DNA from: an uncultured virus (IMG/VR IMGVR_UViG_3300003937_000027)
Taxonomy: Duplodnaviria; Heunggongvirae; Uroviricota; Caudoviricetes
IMG/VR virus record: IMGVR_UViG_3300003937_000027
Reading direction: 5' to 3' (one strand)
Length of the DNA stretch: 64,000 nt
Part shown: positions 19,357 through 27,588 of the stretch, piece by piece
Position numbering within the stretch: position 1 is the first letter of the stretch
Layout: every line of letters begins with the position of its first letter
Notes under the pieces: generated by a model
Databases searched by the model: none
Seen by the model: only the letters and a program-made list of their open reading frames with translations
Told to the model about the DNA's origin: nothing
Program-made: the position numbers and the translations under genes

Positions 19357-19676
19357 TGCCATCATACGAACCATTACCAGCAAGTTTAAGAATAGAAAAG
19401 AGTGAAATAGAAGGACAAGGTTTATTTACTTTGATGTTTCTAAAGAAAGATACAAATTTAGGAGTATCTCATATAATTTTTAACCAAGGGCAACACAACC
19501 AATTTCCAGATGAAATCATAAGAACACCATTAGGTGGTTTTATTAATCATAGTGAAGACCCTAACTGTACTAAAGTGAAAGAAGGCCATAAGTATTATTT
19601 AAAAACAATAAAAGATATAACTGGTGGTGAGGAATTAACCGTAAAATATAGTTTTTATAGTATAAATAAAAAATAA
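19356..19676 (+). CDS. SET-domain protein (putative lysine methyltransferase)
   Basis: S.I.GQGLF, GFINHS.DPNC, KDI..GEELTV.Y motifs. Confidence 0.85.
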   Translation: MPSYEPLPASLRIEKSEIEGQGLFTLMFLKKDTNLGVSHIIFNQGQHNQFPDEIIRTPLGGFINHSEDPNCTKVKEGHKYYLKTIKDITGGEELTVKYSFYSINKK

Positions 19677-19867
19677 TGCCAGAAGACGAATCAAAAAAAA
19701 TACAAATCAGCTGTAGCAATTGTGATGTATCTTATTGGGTAAAATGGAAGATTGAAGAAGAAGCTGAACCAGAACATTGTCCTTTTTGTGGTGCTGACGC
19801 CACAATAACAGAAGATGAGGATGCGATATTTGATGATGAAGACGAAGACCAAGATAGTTGGAATTGA
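19676..19867 (+). CDS. zinc-ribbon protein with acidic tail
   Basis: CSNC...CPFCG. Confidence 0.7.
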   Translation: MPEDESKKIQISCSNCDVSYWVKWKIEEEAEPEHCPFCGADATITEDEDAIFDDEDEDQDSWN

Positions 19868-20384
19868 TTATAGTTTAAGTAGTCCTGCAATTTGTATTTG
19901 TAAAGGACAATTTAAGTTTAAAAACTGTAAGATATATTATTTAACAAATGTGAAAAAATATGAAGGTAATTTTTATAATGGACAGATAAATGGCAGACTA
20001 CATTTACCCTATACCTCCCAGACACAACGACACGACCAAATTTCAGATTGGGCGCTTTCTATTATTGATACTGCTATTGGTAATATTTTTATAGAAGGTT
20101 ACTCATTTGGAAGTAAAGGACTTGTATTCAACCTAGCAGAGAATATGGGTGCTCTCAAACATAAACTATACAAACTCAATAAACGATTTGATATGATAGT
20201 GCCAGGTAGAATTAAAAAGAACGCTACAGGCAAAGGTAATGCAGACAAACTTAAAATGTATGAGCAGTTTGTAAAAGATACTAATATTGATTTAATGAAA
20301 GAATTTGATCAGACAAAACTCAACAATCCAGTTACAGACATAGTTGACTCGTATTATATCACAAAATATGGGTCAGAATCATAG
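19815..20384 (+). CDS. RuvC-like Holliday junction resolvase (true start probably about 19833)
   Basis: IVGIDYSLSSPA, IFIEGYSFGS, KKNATGKGNADK, DIVDSY. Confidence 0.75.
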   Translation: MRMRYLMMKTKTKIVGIDYSLSSPAICICKGQFKFKNCKIYYLTNVKKYEGNFYNGQINGRLHLPYTSQTQRHDQISDWALSIIDTAIGNIFIEGYSFGSKGLVFNLAENMGALKHKLYKLNKRFDMIVPGRIKKNATGKGNADKLKMYEQFVKDTNIDLMKEFDQTKLNNPVTDIVDSYYITKYGSES

Positions 20385-20386
20385 AT

Positions 20387-20401
20387 GTTCTCATTTTGTT
20401 C
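20387..20401. promoter_or_regulatory. alphaproteobacterial LexA-type box GTTC-N7-GTTC (copy 1)
   Basis: GTTCtcattttGTTC, intergenic, 45 nt upstream of a TTGACT -35. Confidence 0.6.
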
Positions 20402-20446
20402 TTATAATTATTCCTAAAAACCTAGTAAAATCAACGCTTTTTGTGC

Positions 20447-20475
20447 TTGACTTTCTTATGTTTTTAGTGTATTAT
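20447..20475 (+). promoter_or_regulatory. sigma70-type early promoter TTGACT-17-TATTAT
   Basis: Heads a run of small hypothetical genes; shares TAGTGTATTATATAC with the minus-strand promoter at 57943..57971. Confidence 0.7.
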
Positions 20476-20485
20476 ATACGTATAA

Positions 20486-20905
20486 ATGATAAAAAACACT
20501 ATGAAAAAACAAGTTTCCAAAGAATTATTAGAACATCTTAAACAGATGAACATCAAATCCCAAAAGTGGGTTGATGAAGACCCAAAACATAGATGGTCTT
20601 CAATGATTACAGAAGACCCAAAACATTGGGCAAATTACAAAATTTACACCCTAAAAGAATTTAAACATTATATGGCTGAATCTACACATTGGGATTTATA
20701 CAAATCTATCAATGGAGTAAGACCTAGATTTATGCAATATCATTTAATGACTACAGAAGAAATTGAAGCAGAAAATGACGCTATGTTCAAAGAACAAGAA
20801 GAACAAATTGCTGCTGAAAAAAAAGAGAAAGAAGATACTATAAAAAGAGTATCACAATACGGTAATTTTACCGAAAAACAATTAGAGAAATGGAGAGTAA
20901 TATAA
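20486..20905 (+). CDS. hypothetical early protein
   Basis: ORF behind early promoter; DLYKSINGVRPR motif. Confidence 0.65.
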   Translation: MIKNTMKKQVSKELLEHLKQMNIKSQKWVDEDPKHRWSSMITEDPKHWANYKIYTLKEFKHYMAESTHWDLYKSINGVRPRFMQYHLMTTEEIEAENDAMFKEQEEQIAAEKKEKEDTIKRVSQYGNFTEKQLEKWRVI

Positions 20906-20906
20906 T

Positions 20907-21350
20907 ATGAGTTTAGATACAAACATACATCCTTTTAAAGAGGATTTAGGAAAGAACCTATACAGAAAGAAAACTTACTACACCTTATGTGTAGAACAAG
21001 AAGTATTGGCAAAAAATAAAGATGACGCTGATAATAAATTTATGGACGGTGGTGGAATAAACCATTCAAACATTGGTAGAGATTTAACAGATGAAAATCA
21101 AGGTGTTGAAACCTATATGGTAGACGCCAACTATACAGATTCAGGTGATACTGAATATGTTGCTAAAGTTTGTTATGAAGATGATGAATTTGCTAAAGAA
21201 GATGGTTTTGTAGAATTAGATACCTATGCTTTAGAAGATGACATAATCAACGAAAAGGGAGATTGTGTTGCTAAAGAAAAAGAAATTAAACCTTTAGACG
21301 ATTTAAAAAAAATTGTTGATGAACACAAACCAATTAAGGCAATATTATAA
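20907..21350 (+). CDS. hypothetical acidic protein
   Basis: Coupled ORF. Confidence 0.6.
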   Translation: MSLDTNIHPFKEDLGKNLYRKKTYYTLCVEQEVLAKNKDDADNKFMDGGGINHSNIGRDLTDENQGVETYMVDANYTDSGDTEYVAKVCYEDDEFAKEDGFVELDTYALEDDIINEKGDCVAKEKEIKPLDDLKKIVDEHKPIKAIL

Positions 21351-21547
21351 TGATTGAAATATTAAAATTTATAGAAGAACTAGAACTATTACATAAAATG
21401 CTTACTGTTGACAATTCAATAGATGATGACCCAAGGAAGATTTTTACTAGAGGTAAAATTAGAGAATTGCTTGCGAAGTATAAAAAAATAGAGTCAGATT
21501 TTGACATTCATTTAAATTTAGAAAATGAAAGTAAGTTAGGAAAATAG
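21350..21547 (+). CDS. hypothetical protein, paralog of 30347..30529
   Basis: MIEILKFIEEL N-terminus. Confidence 0.55.
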   Translation: MIEILKFIEELELLHKMLTVDNSIDDDPRKIFTRGKIRELLAKYKKIESDFDIHLNLENESKLGK

Positions 21548-21641
21548 TGAAATTAGGGGGATACAATCATACACAGACAGCTCTTAAACCGTCCCAGGAG
21601 GCGGCTATGAGAGGATTATTCCACGGAAATATGAGGAAACA

Positions 21642-22064
21642 ATGAGAAACGGATATTTTGCAGTTGTATTGAATAAAGAGAGCTGTGATGCTGTGAGGAA
21701 ATATTCCACGATGGAAGATGTAAAAGGAGACCATATTACACTTGCATATAAACCAGATGATAAAACTTATGAACAGTTAAACGGATTGGTTAATGAGGAT
21801 GTTGACGCTTATATTAGTGAGATAAGATCAAATAAAAATATAGAAGCATTGTGGGTTGACGAAATGAACTTAACTAGATTTCCATCAATAAAATTAAAAA
21901 GATTTAATCCAGGCCCAGCACACGTTACAATATCACATAAGAAAGATTTTAAATCTGGTGACGCAAATAGTATGTTTAAAGATCCAGACCACCTTGTTCC
22001 AGTAGACCATACACACGAATTGGGATATTTGAAAGGTACAGTTAAATGGATATCATATGAGTGA
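21642..22064 (+). CDS. 2H phosphoesterase-family protein
   Basis: Two HxT motifs: DHITLAY and AHVTISH. Confidence 0.7.
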   Translation: MRNGYFAVVLNKESCDAVRKYSTMEDVKGDHITLAYKPDDKTYEQLNGLVNEDVDAYISEIRSNKNIEALWVDEMNLTRFPSIKLKRFNPGPAHVTISHKKDFKSGDANSMFKDPDHLVPVDHTHELGYLKGTVKWISYE

Positions 22065-22198
22065 AAAAATAAAAGAATTACAAAAAGAAGTTAAAGAGTT
22101 GGAAGAAGAAAAAAAGATTACCAATTCTCAAGCAAGAATTAATGATATAGATGAGAGTATCTATAATACAAATCAAAGTATTGAAGAATTGAGGAAAT

Positions 22199-22648
22199 AT
22201 GAAAGACATTGATATGAAAACAGAAGCACCAGAATTATACATTAATGGTATGGAGACTTTACCAGATGTAATTAATATGATTAAAGATACAATGGATGAA
22301 GGTAAAACTGAATCTGCTAAAGATTACTTAAATCAATTACAAGAATATTTAGCAAAAAGAGATATCAATATTTTAGAATTACAGGAGACAGGTGAAAAAA
22401 TATTACAAGGACTTGAAAAAAATACAGAAATTTTAGACCCACAACAAACAGTAGTTGATAATTTCCACGAGTGGAATATGAAACAAATGGATAGATATGA
22501 ACCTGTTATGGTACTAATGACAATTTTAGGACAAACGTTGAAGATTATGAAATCGGCAATGCCTAAACACCAATACGATTCAATTATGGACAACGTCTAT
22601 GAGTCGAAGGACAGAATTGAACCGTTTACTAAACCACAAATACATTAA
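22199..22648 (+). CDS. hypothetical protein
   Basis: ORF with GAGG RBS. Confidence 0.6.
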   Translation: MKDIDMKTEAPELYINGMETLPDVINMIKDTMDEGKTESAKDYLNQLQEYLAKRDINILELQETGEKILQGLEKNTEILDPQQTVVDNFHEWNMKQMDRYEPVMVLMTILGQTLKIMKSAMPKHQYDSIMDNVYESKDRIEPFTKPQIH

Positions 22649-22657
22649 TGGAGGAAA

Positions 22658-22864
22658 ATGAAAACTTTAATGTCAATATTAGTATTAATCTGTTTAACAG
22701 TTAGTGCTAACGCAAATCCAGTATTGAACTGGTTTGAAACTGAAAAAAACAAAACAATTGAGTTTCAAAAGAAATCGTGGGCTGATGGCAAAGTGCAATT
22801 AGCAAACACAAAACAATCTATTATAGACCTATTTCACAAGGTAACTAATGTTACACAGGATTAG
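22658..22864 (+). CDS. small exported protein
   Basis: Signal peptide ending ANA; GGAGG RBS. Confidence 0.6.
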   Translation: MKTLMSILVLICLTVSANANPVLNWFETEKNKTIEFQKKSWADGKVQLANTKQSIIDLFHKVTNVTQD

Positions 22865-23039
22865 TGATTTCTGTAAAAAGATTGATAGTATCAAAGCCCA
22901 GGCGGATAAGTTGTATAATTTAAAGTATAACAACACTAAAACGCCTGGTCGGGATGCTGAGATTAACCATTTAATAGAAGATATACAATCAACGTGTAAA
23001 ATCGTTGGTGCAGATAAGACACCCTATCAAAAAGGTTGA
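22848..23039 (+). CDS. hypothetical protein
   Basis: Overlapping ORF in operon. Confidence 0.5.
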   Translation: MLHRISDFCKKIDSIKAQADKLYNLKYNNTKTPGRDAEINHLIEDIQSTCKIVGADKTPYQKG

Positions 23040-23061
23040 AAAATCAACGTTTTTAGAGAGC

Positions 23062-23090
23062 TTGACAAATCTGTTATATTATGATAGAAT
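23062..23090 (+). promoter_or_regulatory. sigma70-type promoter TTGACA-17-TAGAAT (extended -10)
   Basis: Preceded by AAATCAACG.TTTT, as at the 20447 promoter. Confidence 0.75.
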
Positions 23091-23102
23091 ATATTACATA
23101 CA

Positions 23103-23522
23103 ATGAAAATAAGTGAGAAGGACGATACTATGGTAACTAAAGAAGAAATATTTGAAGAATTTAAGATTGCAAAACAAAAAGACATTGCAAAATCAACAAC
23201 AAAACCACCTTATGAGAACTGTTTTAAAAACAGATTAAAGTTATTAAAATCTCATAGGGACGCAAAAATAACAAATCCAAAAGTGTACAGACATTTACAA
23301 GTAAATTTTGATAATCTAATACTTGCTTATTCGTCACCTGTACCTATTGACGCATTCTATAAGACAGTATTCAATAAGACATTTACTCAATATAATGAGT
23401 CTAAAAGAGTTGAAGATATGACAGAATTACAAAAAGAAAAAGATGAAAGACGTAGAAAAAAAGAAAAAGAAGAATTAAAGAAACAAAAAGCTGAAGATGT
23501 TAAAGAAATTACTATTAATTAG
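23103..23522 (+). CDS. hypothetical protein
   Basis: ORF behind promoter. Confidence 0.6.
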   Translation: MKISEKDDTMVTKEEIFEEFKIAKQKDIAKSTTKPPYENCFKNRLKLLKSHRDAKITNPKVYRHLQVNFDNLILAYSSPVPIDAFYKTVFNKTFTQYNESKRVEDMTELQKEKDERRRKKEKEELKKQKAEDVKEITIN

Positions 23523-23988
23523 TTGTTTGTTGTTACTTACAAATTGTGCCAGTAAGCAGTCTTATATAGGTGCTAGCACCACCGCAGCTGTTGCTGGTAC
23601 AGCGTGTTGGCAGTATATAAGTGACAATCCTGCAGTTGTGGCGACTTGTGCTGTTGTAGGTTCATTTAAAGGTGCCGATATGATGAATAGTGAAACGGAT
23701 GATCAATTAATGACAAGAGCATTTGTGGATCATTTAGACAATGCACCTAATAGTCCAGGTTTTACAACGTGGATGAATCCTAAAACAAATAGTAATGGTA
23801 TAATTAAAACTACAGGTTTCTATTTAAAGGGACCTATTAAATGTTCAATGGTTGAAGTTACACATAATCAGAATTTAGATAATACAAGATTTTTTGATTC
23901 AATATTATATGGAAATCCATATAGACAAATACAATTACACGAAGTTTGTAAAATGCCCGATGGAAGGTGGATGATGATAAATGATTAA
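23497..23988 (+). CDS. lipoprotein, 17-kDa surface-antigen/glycine-zipper-like
   Basis: Lipobox LTNC; IGA...AVAG zipper; W.NP.T...G and C...DGRW motifs. Confidence 0.6.
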   Translation: MLKKLLLISCLLLLTNCASKQSYIGASTTAAVAGTACWQYISDNPAVVATCAVVGSFKGADMMNSETDDQLMTRAFVDHLDNAPNSPGFTTWMNPKTNSNGIIKTTGFYLKGPIKCSMVEVTHNQNLDNTRFFDSILYGNPYRQIQLHEVCKMPDGRWMMIND

Positions 23989-24442
23989 AAATATTATAAT
24001 TTTTGTACTGTTATTAATTTGTGTATCACAATGTGGTGGTAACGATACGAAAGCAAAACAAATAGAATTAAAAGCAATGGATAACTTTTTTGATAAACTA
24101 TTGCAAAATGCAACACCAATACCTTTAGTAGATAAACAATGTTTGAAATATGAAGATTGTCCTAAATGGGATGGTAATCCAGATACTAAAATGTATTATG
24201 ACCTAATGAAAGGTCTTAACGGCTCTGGGAAGATTGAAAAATCAGACTTCAATTGGAATGTTCATCTATATCTATGCCACCAAAATAAGTTGTTGGATAG
24301 TATAAACGGTGAAGGTGCATTTGAAAGACTTGCAATCATTTCAGCAAAAGACGGAATGATACCTTGTCCTATAGATAACAATCCACATTGGAATTATGAT
24401 TGGGAAAATCATATATTAAAAGCTAGAGCGGAGGCAGTATGA
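23981..24442 (+). CDS. exported hypothetical protein
   Basis: Hydrophobic N-terminus with Cys. Confidence 0.55.
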   Translation: MIKNIIIFVLLLICVSQCGGNDTKAKQIELKAMDNFFDKLLQNATPIPLVDKQCLKYEDCPKWDGNPDTKMYYDLMKGLNGSGKIEKSDFNWNVHLYLCHQNKLLDSINGEGAFERLAIISAKDGMIPCPIDNNPHWNYDWENHILKARAEAV

Positions 24443-24864
24443 TGAATAATAATTTTAAAAGAATTGTTATGTTTACATTTACAATTATAGCACTATTATT
24501 AATATGTAATATATTATACGCTGAAGATTCATTTGAAAACACAATTAAAAAAATAAACATATTAGAAAATGGAAACAATGAAGTCACTTATGATAAAATA
24601 CAACCTTTAAAAGACCAGTATTGTTTCATAAAAGTAAAAATTACAGAAGTTGATGGTGAAATCATCAAAGAAGAAGTTGTTGAATGTGCCGATGGTAGAA
24701 AGGCGTATGATGGACCAAGTTATTGGGAGTTATTCGCTATGTTTTATTATGGTGATATGAATACACCTGCCTATTGTAGGCATTATGAACGACCTAAACA
24801 CGCATACCATAAACCTGGTAAAGTATGTTTAGACAAAAATGGAAACTGGGAGGTAAAAAAATAA
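24439..24864 (+). CDS. exported hypothetical protein
   Basis: Signal peptide; C-terminal C...NGNW resembling 23497..23988. Confidence 0.6.
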   Translation: MMNNNFKRIVMFTFTIIALLLICNILYAEDSFENTIKKINILENGNNEVTYDKIQPLKDQYCFIKVKITEVDGEIIKEEVVECADGRKAYDGPSYWELFAMFYYGDMNTPAYCRHYERPKHAYHKPGKVCLDKNGNWEVKK

Positions 24865-24957
24865 TGATAAAAGGTATAATAACCCTAGTAGTACTATGGA
24901 TAATCATAGCTTTTACTTGGGATCCATTTGTATCAACAGTTGAGAAAACACAGGCTG

Positions 24958-24986
24958 TTGACAAAACTAAGGAATTAGTGTATAAT
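24958..24986 (+). promoter_or_regulatory. perfect sigma70 promoter TTGACA-17-TATAAT inside small ORF 24864..25025
   Basis: Exact consensus. Confidence 0.7.
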
Positions 24987-25017
24987 GTGTTTAATAAAGC
25001 GAAGGAGAAAGTGAAAA

Positions 25018-25626
25018 ATGAGTAAAGTACTCAAATATATAATAATTGGTTTATTAAGTGTCACGCTTGCAAATTGTTCAAGCAATACTTATAAAATCAA
25101 AAAAGAAAGCAAGAATCAGGTACTAAAAGTTCCTTCTTGGTATATGAAAGACTATTCCGAGAATAAAGAATGTGGTACTAAAATGTTCGGCAAAAAGAAA
25201 GACAAAAAATGTGTCTTCGGTGTCGGAACTTCTACATCACCTGACCTAGAATTGGCAATTGACAAGGCGACAATGATCGCTAAGGCTGAAGTTGCTGATA
25301 AGATAAAAGGGGAGATGAATAAGAAGGCAAAGATTTTTACTACCGAGTTAGGTAAATCTCAAACCAAAACTGTTGTAACAGATGTTGAAACAACTATAGT
25401 AAACATTATTAAGAATACACCAGTACGTGGTTATGAAGTATTTAAGCAAGAGGTAACTTTAACGAAAAATGGTTACTACCGTGCTTGGATAGGATTAAGA
25501 TTGCCTATGGGACCATACAACAAGATGTACAATTATTCTTTAGAAGAAATAGTTGACGCTTACAAGTTAAAAGAACTTGCTGAAAAATCGTATGATGAAG
25601 TAGAGATAATTGCTAATGAGCAGTAA
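25018..25626 (+). CDS. LPP20-family lipoprotein
   Basis: Lipobox LANC; VPSWY, GVG.S.S.DL..A..KA...AKAE.A. Confidence 0.7.
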   Translation: MSKVLKYIIIGLLSVTLANCSSNTYKIKKESKNQVLKVPSWYMKDYSENKECGTKMFGKKKDKKCVFGVGTSTSPDLELAIDKATMIAKAEVADKIKGEMNKKAKIFTTELGKSQTKTVVTDVETTIVNIIKNTPVRGYEVFKQEVTLTKNGYYRAWIGLRLPMGPYNKMYNYSLEEIVDAYKLKELAEKSYDEVEIIANEQ

Positions 25627-25885
25627 AATCCAAATATACTCAAAGCCTAATTGTACTTATTGTACAAAATCAAAACACTTGATGAAAACGTTAGGCTTTG
25701 AATACGAAGAACATATGTTTGGGAAAGATTTTACTACACCTGAACAGTTATTTGAGGCAATAGGTAAACAAGTACGAACTATGCCTCAAATTGTTATAGA
25801 AGATAAACATATCGGCGGCTATAACGAATTAATAGAGTATTTTGCCGATAAGAAGTTAGTAAATTACAAAGGTGAAAAAATATAA
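25616..25885 (+). CDS. nrdC: glutaredoxin
   Basis: IYSKPNCTYC, RTMPQI, HIGGY. Confidence 0.9.
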   Translation: MSSKIQIYSKPNCTYCTKSKHLMKTLGFEYEEHMFGKDFTTPEQLFEAIGKQVRTMPQIVIEDKHIGGYNELIEYFADKKLVNYKGEKI

Positions 25886-26297
25886 TATGAGTGATGATGG
25901 ACAATTAGAATTTGATTTTGGGTTAGAATCTAAAATACCCGATAATGTAATATTATTTCCTAAAATACCTTTACGAAGACCTAATTGGGCCCAACAAAAA
26001 TTAGACGCTAAAAAACAAGATATGTTGAGAAGACAACACAATCAGGTTTACGTACAGGCCATTACAGAACAATTAACTGAACAGATGTTATTAAGATTAA
26101 GAGAAGAAAACATTAACATAACAACAAAAGAATTTTTAAGTGACTATAAGTTGTCACTAGAGGCGCTTAAGTCTATGTTGCTTAGGGCAGTACATATGAA
26201 ACACCCATTACAACAACGTGTAGATAGGGCGGTCAAATGTAAACAAGGAGAAGGTAAGGACGTATATGCCATTACCATTGACTATAACAAATTTTAA
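25872..26297 (+). CDS. hypothetical protein
   Basis: NVILFP and HPLQ motifs typical of T4-like marine phage ORFs. Confidence 0.6.
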   Translation: MKKYNMSDDGQLEFDFGLESKIPDNVILFPKIPLRRPNWAQQKLDAKKQDMLRRQHNQVYVQAITEQLTEQMLLRLREENINITTKEFLSDYKLSLEALKSMLLRAVHMKHPLQQRVDRAVKCKQGEGKDVYAITIDYNKF

Positions 26298-26534
26298 ATT
26301 AGATAACAATATGCGTAACATTTATATAATTGCAAATATATTAATCTGTCTGGCTGAACATAGTTTAAGAGGACTAAACGCATGGACAAGGAGGGTTATG
26401 GGCGAATGCCTGAAGACACCTTGGGCAGTTTTGAGTAGGGACCTATCTTGCAATAGATGGACTCTTCCTGGAAGATTGTGGGTGAGTTCCAACAAATCCC
26501 ACGACAGACACATATTGTTATCTAATTTAAAATT
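26290..26534. ncRNA. candidate structured ncRNA bounded by a perfect 24-bp inverted repeat
   Basis: AATTTTAAATTAGATAACAATATG (26290-26313) is the exact reverse complement of 26511-26534; GC-rich interior with several hairpins. Confidence 0.55.
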
Positions 26535-26628
26535 ACAGAATTCCATAAAGCACTTTGGGATAATTGCTAGTACTGGCAAAGTTAGCAATTCTAATTATAA
26601 TGCCACAATAGAAAAGGAGATTTAAACA

Positions 26629-26961
26629 ATGTTTAAATTTTTATTTAAAAACGACTCATTAAGAGTTGTATCAAAATCTAAAAGAAAATCTACTAGAGGT
26701 AGAAAAACTTTATCAAAAAGAGTTAAAGTTTTAAATCTTTTAAACAAAGGCGAATCTGTTACTTGGAAGACTTTAAGAAGCAGATTTGATCTAGTGTCTC
26801 CAAGAGCACTAGTTGACACATTGAGATCAGAAGGTAATATGATCTATGTTAACAAATCAGCAAAAGGAACATCTTATAGAATAGGTGAACCTACAAAAGC
26901 GATAATCGCTGCTGGGATCAAAAAATTATATGGTACTCCGTACGCATATAAAACTGCCTAA
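26629..26961 (+). CDS. winged helix-turn-helix DNA-binding protein
   Basis: KVLNLL..G..VTW..L..RF.L.SPRA.V..LR.EG.MIY...YRIG.P; AAGGAG RBS. Confidence 0.65.
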   Translation: MFKFLFKNDSLRVVSKSKRKSTRGRKTLSKRVKVLNLLNKGESVTWKTLRSRFDLVSPRALVDTLRSEGNMIYVNKSAKGTSYRIGEPTKAIIAAGIKKLYGTPYAYKTA

Positions 26962-26972
26962 TACTCATTGAG

Positions 26973-27009
26973 TATAAATAGAGGTATAGGGGTAGGGAGA
27001 CTTACCCCT
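26973..27009 (+). promoter_or_regulatory. late promoter TATAAATA followed by a GNRA-capped hairpin (AGGGGTAGG-GAGA-CTTACCCCT)
   Basis: Read directly. Confidence 0.65.
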
Positions 27010-27037
27010 TTACACATAACAAAATGAGGAGGCAAAT

Positions 27038-27526
27038 ATGCCAATGACATCCGCACAATTAAACGCAGGTATGGACACATCAGGATCAGGTGCTCCACTA
27101 CTACACGAAATCTTACTAAAAGTAAACAACGCAAAAGACAAATCCCAAAAAATTGAGGCTCTGAAAAAGAACGATTCAGTACCTTTAAGACAAATTTTAA
27201 AAGGTGCTTTTGATCCTAGTATCAAGTGGGATTTACCAGAAGGTACGCCACCATATAGAGAAAATGACGCACCAGCAGGTACAGAACACACGTCCCTATT
27301 TACAGAAGCCAAAAGATTATGGCACTTTGTAGAGGGAGCAGATAAGAAAACTTCCAGAACGAAGAAAGAAATGATGTTTATTCAATTGCTTGAAGGATTA
27401 CACGCTAATGACGCTAAACTTATGATTTCAGTTAAAGAAAAAGAACTGAATCTCGTATATAAAGGGTTAACAGACGCTGTGGTTAAAGAAGCATTTGGAT
27501 GGAATGCAGATTACAAAACATCCTAA
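27038..27526 (+). CDS. conserved T4-like hypothetical protein (DUF6433-like)
   Basis: FDPSIKW.LPEG.PPY, FIQLLEGLH..DA. Confidence 0.7.
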   Translation: MPMTSAQLNAGMDTSGSGAPLLHEILLKVNNAKDKSQKIEALKKNDSVPLRQILKGAFDPSIKWDLPEGTPPYRENDAPAGTEHTSLFTEAKRLWHFVEGADKKTSRTKKEMMFIQLLEGLHANDAKLMISVKEKELNLVYKGLTDAVVKEAFGWNADYKTS

Positions 27527-27573
27527 TATAAATATTGTAGAGTGATTCTATAATATTTCAACTATAGGGTGTA

Positions 27574-27588
27574 GAACAAAAGTAGAAC
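27574..27588. promoter_or_regulatory. alphaproteobacterial LexA-type box GAAC-N7-GAAC (copy 2)
   Basis: GAACaaaagtaGAAC, intergenic, within a 9-bp inverted repeat. Confidence 0.6.

Noticed and set aside
21547..21645. GC-richer spacer with CCGTC/GGCGG hairpin as an ncRNA
   Set aside because: Equally explained by a 32-codon GTG-start ORF coupled to both neighbours; structure is weak
26290..26534. Retron msr-msd or hammerhead ribozyme (CTGAAGA present)
   Set aside because: No reverse transcriptase in the window, and no correctly placed GAAA or stem III for a hammerhead
26266..26625. ORFs 26266..26625 (+) and 26322..26588 (-) as proteins
   Set aside because: No RBS, atypical composition, and both cross the inverted repeat and structured element
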